This document shows positions 26,620 through 33,510 of a stretch of 48,832 nt of DNA, piece after piece; the stretch's first letter is position 1, and each line of letters begins with the position of its first letter. The position numbers were made by a program, and so were the translations under genes. Source of the stretch: an uncultured Candidatus Saccharibacteria bacterium (lineage in GTDB: Bacteria > Patescibacteriota > Minisyncoccia > Minisyncoccales > Staskawiczbacteraceae); contig CAZMKW010000001.1 of NCBI GenBank assembly GCA_964567205.1, positions 1 to 48,832 on the forward strand, read 5' to 3'. The notes beneath the pieces are model-generated. The model was not told where the DNA came from. It worked only from the letters and a program-made list of their open reading frames with translations, and ran no database searches.

Positions 26620-26645
26620 CCCTGCGTTAACTCGTAGGGTTTTTT
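26620..26645 (+). terminator. Plus-strand intrinsic-terminator-like hairpin with no annotated plus-strand gene upstream
   Basis: CCCTGCG-TTAACT-CGTAGGG (one G-U pair) followed by T6. On the minus strand the pair becomes a mismatch and no U tract follows. Confidence 0.5.
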
Positions 26646-26650
26646 ATTTA

Positions 26651-26679
26651 TTGGGCGGGAAAAAGAAAAATGATATAAT
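26651..26679 (+). promoter_or_regulatory. Promoter of the Pif1-like helicase, positioned for a leaderless mRNA
   Basis: TTGGGC, 17-nt spacer, TG-n-TATAAT (26674-26679). The ATG at 26686 starts 7 nt after the -10 element. Confidence 0.5.
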
Positions 26680-26685
26680 GTCCTC

Positions 26686-28086
26686 ATGAAACAGAAAGAG
26701 GCTCTCGACATTTTAAAGTCAGGGTATAATACTTTTTTAACGGGACCGCCAGGGTCCGGAAAAACTTTTTTATTAAACGAATACGTTAAATATTTAAAGA
26801 AAAATAATGTGGCGGTTTCTGTTACCGCCAGTACTGGAATTGCAGCTACGCACATGGGCGGAACAACTCTGCATTCATGGTCTGGGTTGGGAATAAGAGA
26901 CAAGATTGACGAAACCGAAGCCAAAAAAATATGTGAAAAAGGATATTTGCGAAAACGCATTAAAAATACAAGCGTTTTAATTATAGATGAAATTTCTATG
27001 ATAAAGCCTTCGCAGTTTGAGGCGGTAAATTTGATTTGCCAGTATATAAAAAGGGTTGCACGCCCTTTTGGTGGAATACAGGTTGTGTGCTCGGGAGATT
27101 TTTTCCAACTTCCTCCGGTTTACAAACCCTCTTCCCCCGACCAGCAACAAAAACTTTTCGCGCCAGATGCCGGAATAAAATTTGTTAATGAATCTAGTTT
27201 GTGGAAACAGATGGGTATAAAAATATGCTATTTAGATGAACAGCACAGAACAAAAGATAAAAAACTCCATAAAATTTTAAATCATATAAGGGACAACGAG
27301 GCGCAAAAATCGAAGGACTTACTATTTGGAGAAGGGATAAACCCCACTTCAGACCCAAAGGGTACCCCGCTCCGCGGGGCGAGTAAATTCTTTACTCGGC
27401 TTTACACTCACAACATTGATGTAGACTCAATTAATTATTCTGAATTAGATAAAATAAAAAGCAAAGAATATTATTACCAGATGACTTCCAGGGGAAACGA
27501 AATGGTTGCTGATATTTTAAAAAAAACTTGTTTGGCTCCCGAAAAACTAACTTTAAAAAAGGGGGCTGAAGTGATGTTTATAAAAAATAATTTTGAAGCA
27601 GGATATGTAAACGGCACACAAGGAAAAGTTGTTGACTTTGTTGCCGCCGACTTACCGGTTATAGAAACTCAAGACGGCAAAAAAATAACAGTTAAGTTTG
27701 CTGATTGGACAATTGAAGAGCCTCTCGAAGGAACTCGGGGCAGAGAAAATTCTGTTGTTGCTGGCATTTCACAAATACCCTTGCGTTTAGCTTGGGCAAT
27801 TACTGTACATAAATCTCAAGGAATGAATTTAGATTCAGCTGAAATGGACCTTTCTAAATGTTTTTTGGAAGGAATGGGATATGTGGCGCTTTCAAGATTA
27901 AAATCTCTTAAGGGCTTGCGATTAATGGGAATAAATAATTTAGCTTTTTGCGTAAACAAAAAAGCACTAGAAATAGATAAAACCTTCAAAAAACTATCTA
28001 AAATACATACAGCCGAACTAAAAAAAATTGGCGCCGCGGCCGTCTCAAAACGTCAAAAATTATTTCTTAAATATCTAGGTAGCTAA
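26686..28086 (+). CDS. Pif1/RecD-family (SF1B) DNA helicase
   Basis: Walker A GPPGSGKTF, LIIDEISMI, GDFFQLPPV, and C-terminal VHKSQG. Confidence 0.85.
   Translation: MKQKEALDILKSGYNTFLTGPPGSGKTFLLNEYVKYLKKNNVAVSVTASTGIAATHMGGTTLHSWSGLGIRDKIDETEAKKICEKGYLRKRIKNTSVLIIDEISMIKPSQFEAVNLICQYIKRVARPFGGIQVVCSGDFFQLPPVYKPSSPDQQQKLFAPDAGIKFVNESSLWKQMGIKICYLDEQHRTKDKKLHKILNHIRDNEAQKSKDLLFGEGINPTSDPKGTPLRGASKFFTRLYTHNIDVDSINYSELDKIKSKEYYYQMTSRGNEMVADILKKTCLAPEKLTLKKGAEVMFIKNNFEAGYVNGTQGKVVDFVAADLPVIETQDGKKITVKFADWTIEEPLEGTRGRENSVVAGISQIPLRLAWAITVHKSQGMNLDSAEMDLSKCFLEGMGYVALSRLKSLKGLRLMGINNLAFCVNKKALEIDKTFKKLSKIHTAELKKIGAAAVSKRQKLFLKYLGS
27352..27398. repeat. GC-rich segment inside the helicase gene: a 17-mer shared with 48810-48826 plus two adjacent short hairpins
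   Basis: GACCCAAAGGGTACCCC (27352-27368), CCCCGC-TCC-GCGGGG (27365-27379), and CGAGTAAA-TTC-TTTACTCG (27380-27398). Confidence 0.8.
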
Positions 28087-28094
28087 CGGATTTT

Positions 28095-28652
28095 TTATTT
28101 GCTTTCGGACAAAAGAACCGGATAGCCTTTGTTGATTTGGCAATTGATTACGTCTTTGATCCCAAGGTTTTCAAGAAAATTAATGCATGCTGTCCTTGCT
28201 TCTGCCGTAGTTTTAAAATCTCCTTTTGCCTCGGCTTCAACAAAAGACCCCAATCCCCTAACCTCATCTAAAGCAACCTCTATACTACCGCACATCCAAT
28301 ATTCTCTTTGTTTATCAATAGTTATTACTTTTTTAAAATCCAAAAAACCTAATATTTTTTTAAATTCTTCGGGGTTGGAAATTTCTGTTTCGTATTCTTC
28401 GGCGCACTCTTGCTCACCGTTGGCTTTTTTGTTTATAGATAAATCATATTCAAAAACCACCTTGTCGGGGTTTGTCCTAATTCTTAACCATTCTGTTGGA
28501 TGAGGTTTTTGATTGAAAAAATCCCTGTGGATGGGAACATAATAATCATCTATCTGTCTTATAGATTTTATTAACTTCCCACGAGTCGAAACCTTTCTTC
28601 TGATCTCTTCCAGGTCATCCACTTTTACTTTTACTTCAACTTCAATATTCAT
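28095..28652 (-). CDS. CYTH-domain protein (class IV adenylate cyclase / triphosphatase family)
   Basis: N-terminal EVEVKVKV (ExExK) and later EVALDEVRGLGSFVEAE. Confidence 0.78.
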   Translation of the reverse strand: MNIEVEVKVKVDDLEEIRRKVSTRGKLIKSIRQIDDYYVPIHRDFFNQKPHPTEWLRIRTNPDKVVFEYDLSINKKANGEQECAEEYETEISNPEEFKKILGFLDFKKVITIDKQREYWMCGSIEVALDEVRGLGSFVEAEAKGDFKTTAEARTACINFLENLGIKDVINCQINKGYPVLLSESK

Positions 28653-28701
28653 GTTTTCTTACTCGCCTAAATTTTTTCAAAATTTTGACGGGTTAATTAA
28701 T

Positions 28702-28746
28702 TTAACTTTATTCCTAAAAGAAAACATTTTCAATACCGAATTCCCC
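28702..28746 (-). promoter_or_regulatory. Conserved promoter-like module, copy 2
   Basis: Minus strand reads TTGAAA (28733-28728), a 17-nt spacer, then TAAAGT (28710-28705). It aligns with 26448-26493 with few differences. Confidence 0.45.
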
Positions 28747-28762
28747 TGTCCGAACGCGACCT

Positions 28763-28801
28763 AAACGCCCCATACTAGGCCTTGCCTAGTATGGGGCGTT
28801 T
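28763..28801. other. Perfect 17-18-bp GC-containing hairpin
   Basis: AAACGCCCCATACTAGG(C)-CTT-(G)CCTAGTATGGGGCGTTT. T-rich sequence follows only on the plus strand. Confidence 0.85.
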
Positions 28802-28813
28802 ATTTATTTAAAT

Positions 28814-28840
28814 AAAAAAACCTCAAGACGTTGCTCGAGG
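28814..28840 (-). terminator. Intrinsic terminator downstream of 28866..29099
   Basis: Minus strand reads CCTCGAG-CAACGT-CTTGAGG (one mismatch) followed by T7. Confidence 0.6.
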
Positions 28841-28865
28841 CGTTGATATCTTGGGATGATATCTA

Positions 28866-29099
28866 TTAGTTTTGCAACTGGGGTCGATGTTTTCTTCGAC
28901 GCATTTTTTTACTGCTAATATTCTTACGTGGATCTCTCCACTTCTTATGAACTAACCTTAAGCTTGGGCAGCTTCTTCTAAAACAATCACTACAAACTTT
29001 TTTGTCCGGAATCCGTTGTCCATTCTTTTTGCAAATCCCAATTACCATTCCATGGCTCCCTTGAAAAGAACAAATTGCAATTATCTGAATTAACTCCAT
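28866..29099 (-). CDS. Hypothetical small Cys-containing protein with a very basic C-terminus, divergent from the sigma factor gene
   Basis: 77-aa ORF with CSDCFRRSC and the tail KKMRRRKHRPQ. It has a terminator downstream and a divergent TTGACA promoter upstream, but no clear RBS. Confidence 0.4.
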   Translation of the reverse strand: MELIQIIAICSFQGSHGMVIGICKKNGQRIPDKKVCSDCFRRSCPSLRLVHKKWRDPRKNISSKKMRRRKHRPQLQN

Positions 29100-29135
29100 A
29101 ACTCAAGCTAATTTCAGATTACTGCTCTATATTTT

Positions 29136-29178
29136 TTGTCAACACTCACCTTGACAATCTGAGCCAAAAAGATAGAAT
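29136..29178 (+). promoter_or_regulatory. Divergent promoter region; sigma gene promoter TTGACA-16-TAGAAT, with an inverted TTGTCAA/TTGACAA pair
   Basis: TTGACA is at 29151-29156 and TAGAAT at 29173-29178. The inverted copy at 29136-29142 gives TTGACA on the minus strand. Confidence 0.6.
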
Positions 29179-29257
29179 AATTACAAGCACATTGAAATGT
29201 AAATAAGTGTTTTACACAGAAGCTCGGGAAGGCAATCTCAATAACAAAGGAGGAGAG

Positions 29258-30226
29258 ATGACTATATTAGCAAGTGCACCCAAAAAACAAAGAGCGAGAA
29301 CTGTTCTTCGCCTGAGTGAAGAGGAAAGGTTGCTTTACAAAACGATCCCACAGAATATCTTTTTTGTTTGGCACCCCCGCTTTGACGAGCCAACCATAGG
29401 AAAAAGCCTCTTTGGTCCAGATGCGGAAATTATCCGCATCCAAAACTGGGTCGCGCCAGCAACGATAAGAGATGAAAGTACGCCAAAGCGTAAGCGGACA
29501 AAAACCCTAACTGGTGAACAGCAGACAACTTTGTTTCTCCGATACAATTATGCGAGTTATCGACTTAGCATGCTGACAAAAAAGCAAGAGAGACATTTCT
29601 CTCTTTCTCGCGTTCGCGAAATGATAGCGTGGCATCAACGAGCGTTATCTGCAAGAGCGGATCTCGCAAGGGCGAACTTGGCGCTCGTTCTGGCGATGGC
29701 AAAAAGATCCAAGTTCGAAGGAGTTCCATTTGATGAACTCGTTTCAGAAGGTAATATGGCCCTGTTGCGCTCTGTTGATAAATTCGACGTATCAAGAGGA
29801 TTTAAGTTCTCGACTTACGCGTGCAGAGCCATAATTACAGCCCTACGGAGAATATCCAGCCAATATTGGCGCCATCAGGAGCGTTTTCCGGTAGAATTTA
29901 ACGTCGATGTGGAAAAACCGGAAAAAGACTGGGAGAGGAAAGAAGAGATAAGAATAGCCCATAACACCGGGTTGGTACGCAAAATACTAGAAACAAATCA
30001 AGCATGGCTTACCGATCTTGAACGAAAAATCATAGACGAACGGTTTTTTGCCAGCGACGGCAAAAAAAGAACGCTTGCCGAAATCGGCTTGTCGGTCAAG
30101 CTTTCAAACGAAAGGGTACGCCAGATATTAAATGTGGCGCTTATAAAAATTCGCGCTGCACTTGAACGGAGCATGACCCAAAAAACAAGAAGGTCGCCGG
30201 CCTTTTACAAAACCATAGGCCAATGA
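29258..30226 (+). CDS. Sigma-70 family RNA polymerase sigma factor, divergent region 2.3-2.4
   Basis: Region 2 reads ANLALVLAMAKR...LVSEGNMALLRSVDKFDVSRGFKFSTYACRAIITALRR. Region 4 reads RTLAEIGLSVKLSNERVRQILNVALIKIR. The start is at the ATG with an AAAGGAGGAG RBS. Confidence 0.85.
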   Translation: MTILASAPKKQRARTVLRLSEEERLLYKTIPQNIFFVWHPRFDEPTIGKSLFGPDAEIIRIQNWVAPATIRDESTPKRKRTKTLTGEQQTTLFLRYNYASYRLSMLTKKQERHFSLSRVREMIAWHQRALSARADLARANLALVLAMAKRSKFEGVPFDELVSEGNMALLRSVDKFDVSRGFKFSTYACRAIITALRRISSQYWRHQERFPVEFNVDVEKPEKDWERKEEIRIAHNTGLVRKILETNQAWLTDLERKIIDERFFASDGKKRTLAEIGLSVKLSNERVRQILNVALIKIRAALERSMTQKTRRSPAFYKTIGQ

Positions 30227-30236
30227 CATTAAACGA

Positions 30237-30271
30237 GGTCCCCTAATAGATAGCGAACGGGGATTTTTTTT
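30237..30271 (+). terminator. Weak intrinsic terminator after the sigma gene
   Basis: TCCCC/GGGGA stem with a 15-nt loop, followed by T8. Confidence 0.4.
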
Positions 30272-30324
30272 GCATTGCCCTTTCTAATAAAACTTGGTTT
30301 TGCTATAATAAATTAAACATAAAT

Positions 30325-30744
30325 ATGAAAAAAATAATTTTTACCTTTTTAGTAATAATTCTTATTTTTTTAACAGCCTGGCTCTGCCTAATTTTATTTA
30401 ACAGATACTATACGGCACCAGAAATTAATATGACAAATAAAATATCTAAGAACGAAGGCTCGACCAAAGATTTTATGCAAGAGTTTACCATAAGAAAAGG
30501 GGAAACAATTGAAATAACTAACGGCCCAAAAATAACTTTTAAAGAACACTCTCATAAACGCACATCAGAAGAACAAGAATCCCCTCTTGTTGTTTATATA
30601 GGATACACAGCAGAAAACGAATATCACAGTGTTTACCCTGACGCCAATGGAAGTTTTAGCTGGCAGTGGCGTGATTATAATTTTTTTGTAAGTGATTATG
30701 GGTACGACAAATATATGACAATGAAGGTTGGTAAAATACCATAA
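30325..30744 (+). CDS. Hypothetical membrane-anchored protein
   Basis: 139 aa with an N-terminal TM segment. Its composition is AT-rich, unlike its neighbours. Confidence 0.6.
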   Translation: MKKIIFTFLVIILIFLTAWLCLILFNRYYTAPEINMTNKISKNEGSTKDFMQEFTIRKGETIEITNGPKITFKEHSHKRTSEEQESPLVVYIGYTAENEYHSVYPDANGSFSWQWRDYNFFVSDYGYDKYMTMKVGKIP

Positions 30745-30756
30745 TAAAAAACTTAA

Positions 30757-30785
30757 AAAACTTCGCTTTCTGCGGAGTTTTTTGT
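30757..30785 (+). terminator. Intrinsic terminator
   Basis: AACTTCGC-TTTCT-GCGGAGTT (one G-U pair) followed by T5. Confidence 0.6.
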
Positions 30786-30868
30786 TGACAAAAACAATGG
30801 AAGTAATAGCATAGAAATTAAGGGGGTTCCTTCACAACAAACTAAACCTCAAACATAGGGAGATTGAT

Positions 30869-31069
30869 ATGCCATATAAACGCCTTAGTAACGAAAAGCT
30901 GCGAAAACAAATAATCGAGCTTATCGGCCTGGGCTATACCGATAGCACTAATTCTAAGCTTAGTGCTTTGAGCACCGAACAAGCACGAAGACTGGCGCGT
31001 GGCCAGTCTGATTCCTGCCCAGCCATCGCGCTTATTAGGTGCGAACCCGATATGCTAGGCGACTGGTAG
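30869..31069 (+). CDS. Hypothetical small protein
   Basis: 66 aa. An AGGGAGA RBS lies 6 nt upstream, with a TTGACA promoter at 30785-30790 and a strong terminator directly downstream. Confidence 0.55.
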   Translation: MPYKRLSNEKLRKQIIELIGLGYTDSTNSKLSALSTEQARRLARGQSDSCPAIALIRCEPDMLGDW

Positions 31070-31094
31070 AGCGAGATCCGTCTCGCTTTTTTTT
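31070..31094 (+). terminator. Intrinsic terminator
   Basis: AGCGAGA-TCCG-TCTCGCT followed by T8. Confidence 0.8.
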
Positions 31095-31117
31095 GCAAAA
31101 AATTTGGCACGGTCAAA

Positions 31118-31146
31118 TTGATTTTATAAAATTTATATTATATAAT
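31118..31146 (+). promoter_or_regulatory. Sigma-70-like promoter
   Basis: TTGATT, 17-nt spacer, TATAAT. Confidence 0.6.
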
Positions 31147-31210
31147 ACAAAATTGTTAGTTTGTTCTTTGAGTTGGATCGTTCCCATACACACATTGAAA
31201 GGAGTAAACA

Positions 31211-31513
31211 ATGTTGGGAAGAAAAATATTTCACGTTATGCATCGTAGAAGAATAAGGAGAAGGGTGAGAAAAGAAGTACGCGTTGCAATAATGGATAAA
31301 TTGCGAATAATGTTCCAGCGCGTAGATCCTTTCTTCGATGGTCGCGCCCGCGTCTGCCACAATGACGAATGGTTTCACGTCTGTTGCGGCACACCAGCCT
31401 ACGAAGAAAAATACGCATATGTAGGGAATTTCTCCGGAGGCCGCGCCAATGTGTTAGACAGAAGTGGCAAATGGTTTGCCATCAACCTCAACGGAAAAAA
31501 ATCACACTTTTAA
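31211..31513 (+). CDS. Small protein with an Arg-rich N-terminus and WG-repeat-like C-terminal half
   Basis: GAAAGGAG RBS. FDGRARVCHNDEWFHV and FSGGRANVLDRSGKWFAINLNGK resemble WG-containing (KWG) repeats. Confidence 0.5.
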   Translation: MLGRKIFHVMHRRRIRRRVRKEVRVAIMDKLRIMFQRVDPFFDGRARVCHNDEWFHVCCGTPAYEEKYAYVGNFSGGRANVLDRSGKWFAINLNGKKSHF

Positions 31514-31531
31514 CACGAAGGGAATCGTAAA

Positions 31532-31843
31532 ATGGTCATAACGATTTACATTGTCAGAACACCGGGAAGATTTGAATTAAGAGTACGGCACGGCTCATCT
31601 GCAACTTTTGGCAGTACAATGGGTGCACCAAGTTATGCTAGAAGCATAAAAGCGCTAGCCCACTCTGTATTGGGAGCAGTGATTGAACATAACAACGGCG
31701 ACGAATTTATGTTTTCCCCCGATGTTCCGGCAGAGCTCGAAGCAGAACAACCGGGAGCATTTTTCCCGCTGACCGGCGACAACTACAGTGCTGCGAGACA
31801 AGTCTTCAACGCATGTCCAAATATACAACATATACGATGCTAA
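31532..31843 (+). CDS. Hypothetical protein
   Basis: 103 aa with a GAAGGGA RBS, starting 19 nt after the upstream gene. A terminator follows. Confidence 0.55.
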   Translation: MVITIYIVRTPGRFELRVRHGSSATFGSTMGAPSYARSIKALAHSVLGAVIEHNNGDEFMFSPDVPAELEAEQPGAFFPLTGDNYSAARQVFNACPNIQHIRC

Positions 31844-31854
31844 TACATCACTAT

Positions 31855-31881
31855 AGCCTTGCGACCCAGCAAGGCTTTTTC
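31855..31881 (+). terminator. Intrinsic terminator closing the plus-strand island
   Basis: AGCCTTGC-GACCCA-GCAAGGCT followed by TTTTT. Confidence 0.8.
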
Positions 31882-31888
31882 TTTTAAT

Positions 31889-31916
31889 CAAAAACCACCT
31901 CTCGGCGGTTTTTTTA
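31889..31916 (-). terminator. Terminator downstream of rplU (also hairpin-competent on the plus strand)
   Basis: Minus strand reads AACCGCC-GAGA-GGTGGTT (one G-U pair) followed by T5. Confidence 0.55.
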
Positions 31917-31927
31917 AATTTTATTAT

Positions 31928-32233
31928 TTACTTTATGCCAATAATTTCCACTTCCGTGTATGGCTGTCTGTGTCCTATTTTTCTGCTTTCTCTCTTTTTC
32001 GGCTTATATTTAAAAACAATTATTTTATCACCCTTTCCATGGCTTAAAACTTTTGCTGTGACTTCCGCTTTTACTAAAGGTGCACCAACTTCAACTTTAT
32101 CCCCTTTTTCAACCAATAAAACATCTGAAAAAGAAAATTCTTCTCCCTCTTTTTTATCCAATTTTTCTATTTTTAGTTTATCCCCGGGTTTAACTATATA
32201 TTGTTTCCCGCCAGTTTTTATAATTGCAATCAT
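31928..32233 (-). CDS. rplU: 50S ribosomal protein L21
   Basis: Starts MIAIIKTGGKQYIVKPGD and continues to ...KKRESRKIGHRQPYTEVEI. The start was moved to the internal ATG. Confidence 0.92.
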   Translation of the reverse strand: MIAIIKTGGKQYIVKPGDKLKIEKLDKKEGEEFSFSDVLLVEKGDKVEVGAPLVKAEVTAKVLSHGKGDKIIVFKYKPKKRESRKIGHRQPYTEVEIIGIK

Positions 32234-32276
32234 AGATTTATTTAATAAGTATACAAATATCTTAGCAAAAAACACC

Positions 32277-33326
32277 CTATTCGTCAAGCATGGGCCTATT
32301 AACATCATTTAGCTCTATTTTCGAGTCGCCACCAGTCAACTTAATTACATCTTTATCAACTTTGGCAAATTCCGCCTTAGATTTATTAAAACTGCTAACT
32401 GTTGTGTCCAGATGTTGTCCCAGCCTATTAAAATGTTCTGAATAAGTAAAAAGGTGTTTCCCTAACCTTTCCACTTCTTTAATTATAGTCTGCGCTTGAT
32501 CGGAAATTTTTTGGTTTCTTAATCCTTGCAAAACGGTCTGCAAATAAGCGAGGAAAGAGGTTGGCGAGACAACGATAACCTTCTTTTTTCCTGCATAATA
32601 AATTAAGTTATTTGTATCTTCGGCAATCGCCCCAACTTTATTTATCAATAAATCATAATAAACCGCTTCTGACGGAATAAACATAAAAGCGAAGTCCATT
32701 GTTTTTTCTTCCGGCCTTACATATTTTGAGGTCTCATCAATTCTTAATTTCAAGTCATTTATAAAAGCTGTTTCAAATCTTTTTTTCTCTGCAGGATCAT
32801 TAGTCTGGATTATCCTATTATAATTATCCAAAGAAAATTTTGAGTCAATTGGGATAATTCTCTTATCAACAAAAACAACCGCGTCAACAATTTCTCCATT
32901 TGAAAACGCGTACTGCATTTGAAAAGAAGCCGGTGGCAAAACATTTTTTAAAACGGTTTCCAGATAATATTCGCCCAGAATCCCCCGCTGTTTTGGATTT
33001 TTTAAGATGTCCTGTAAATTTTTGAGCTGGTCGGCAAACCCCACAACCTGCCTGTTTGTTTCGTCTAACTTAGTTAACCTTTCCGTAACGTTTCTTATAA
33101 TATCGGCTGAGTGCTTAAATTGCTCCTGTGCGTTTTTGTTTGATTCTGAAAGTTTACTGTCAACCGCATTGGCAATCTGAGCTATTTGCTGTTGCAACAT
33201 AAGCAAAGAGCTATCGTCTTTTTTTATGGCGCCTTCGGATTCGTTTCGTTTCTTCTCCAGCAACAAAACGATGGCAAAAACCACCCCAGTAGCAATTATA
33301 ATTAAAAGTATTGTTATTAAATCCAT
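32277..33326 (-). CDS. rmuC: DNA recombination protein RmuC
   Basis: N-terminal TM segment, long coiled coil, and a C-terminal RmuC nuclease-like region (FMFIPSEAVYY, VVSPTSFLAYL). Confidence 0.85.
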   Translation of the reverse strand: MDLITILLIIIATGVVFAIVLLLEKKRNESEGAIKKDDSSLLMLQQQIAQIANAVDSKLSESNKNAQEQFKHSADIIRNVTERLTKLDETNRQVVGFADQLKNLQDILKNPKQRGILGEYYLETVLKNVLPPASFQMQYAFSNGEIVDAVVFVDKRIIPIDSKFSLDNYNRIIQTNDPAEKKRFETAFINDLKLRIDETSKYVRPEEKTMDFAFMFIPSEAVYYDLLINKVGAIAEDTNNLIYYAGKKKVIVVSPTSFLAYLQTVLQGLRNQKISDQAQTIIKEVERLGKHLFTYSEHFNRLGQHLDTTVSSFNKSKAEFAKVDKDVIKLTGGDSKIELNDVNRPMLDE

Positions 33327-33510
33327 AAATATTCCCCGTTGGTTAATTTTACTTTATTTTAACCAAAAAAGCGAGTTTCCCCACTTTTTTAAATATTTAT
33401 ATAATCTTATCAACAACAAAAATAAGAGCAAACGACGTTATTTAAACCACCCGCTCAATCCCCTTCTTGAATATTTTTTTACTTCATTAAAATGCGGCAA
33501 TTTCATTTTT

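Noticed and set aside
26547-26960. 137-aa minus-strand ORF spanning the Pif1 promoter and 5' coding region
   Set aside because: It runs antisense to a well-supported helicase gene and through a promoter/terminator region, and no motifs were recognised.
31105-31121. TGGCAC followed by TTGA, reminiscent of a sigma-54 -24/-12 promoter
   Set aside because: The spacing does not fit TGGCAC-N5-TTGC (the TTG is two positions off and the GC is missing). A good TTGATT-17-TATAAT promoter explains the region.
31133-31418. Minus-strand ORFs 31133..31378 and 31236..31418 in the island
   Set aside because: They are antisense to a plus-strand ORF that has a strong RBS, promoter and terminator, so they are probably shadow ORFs.
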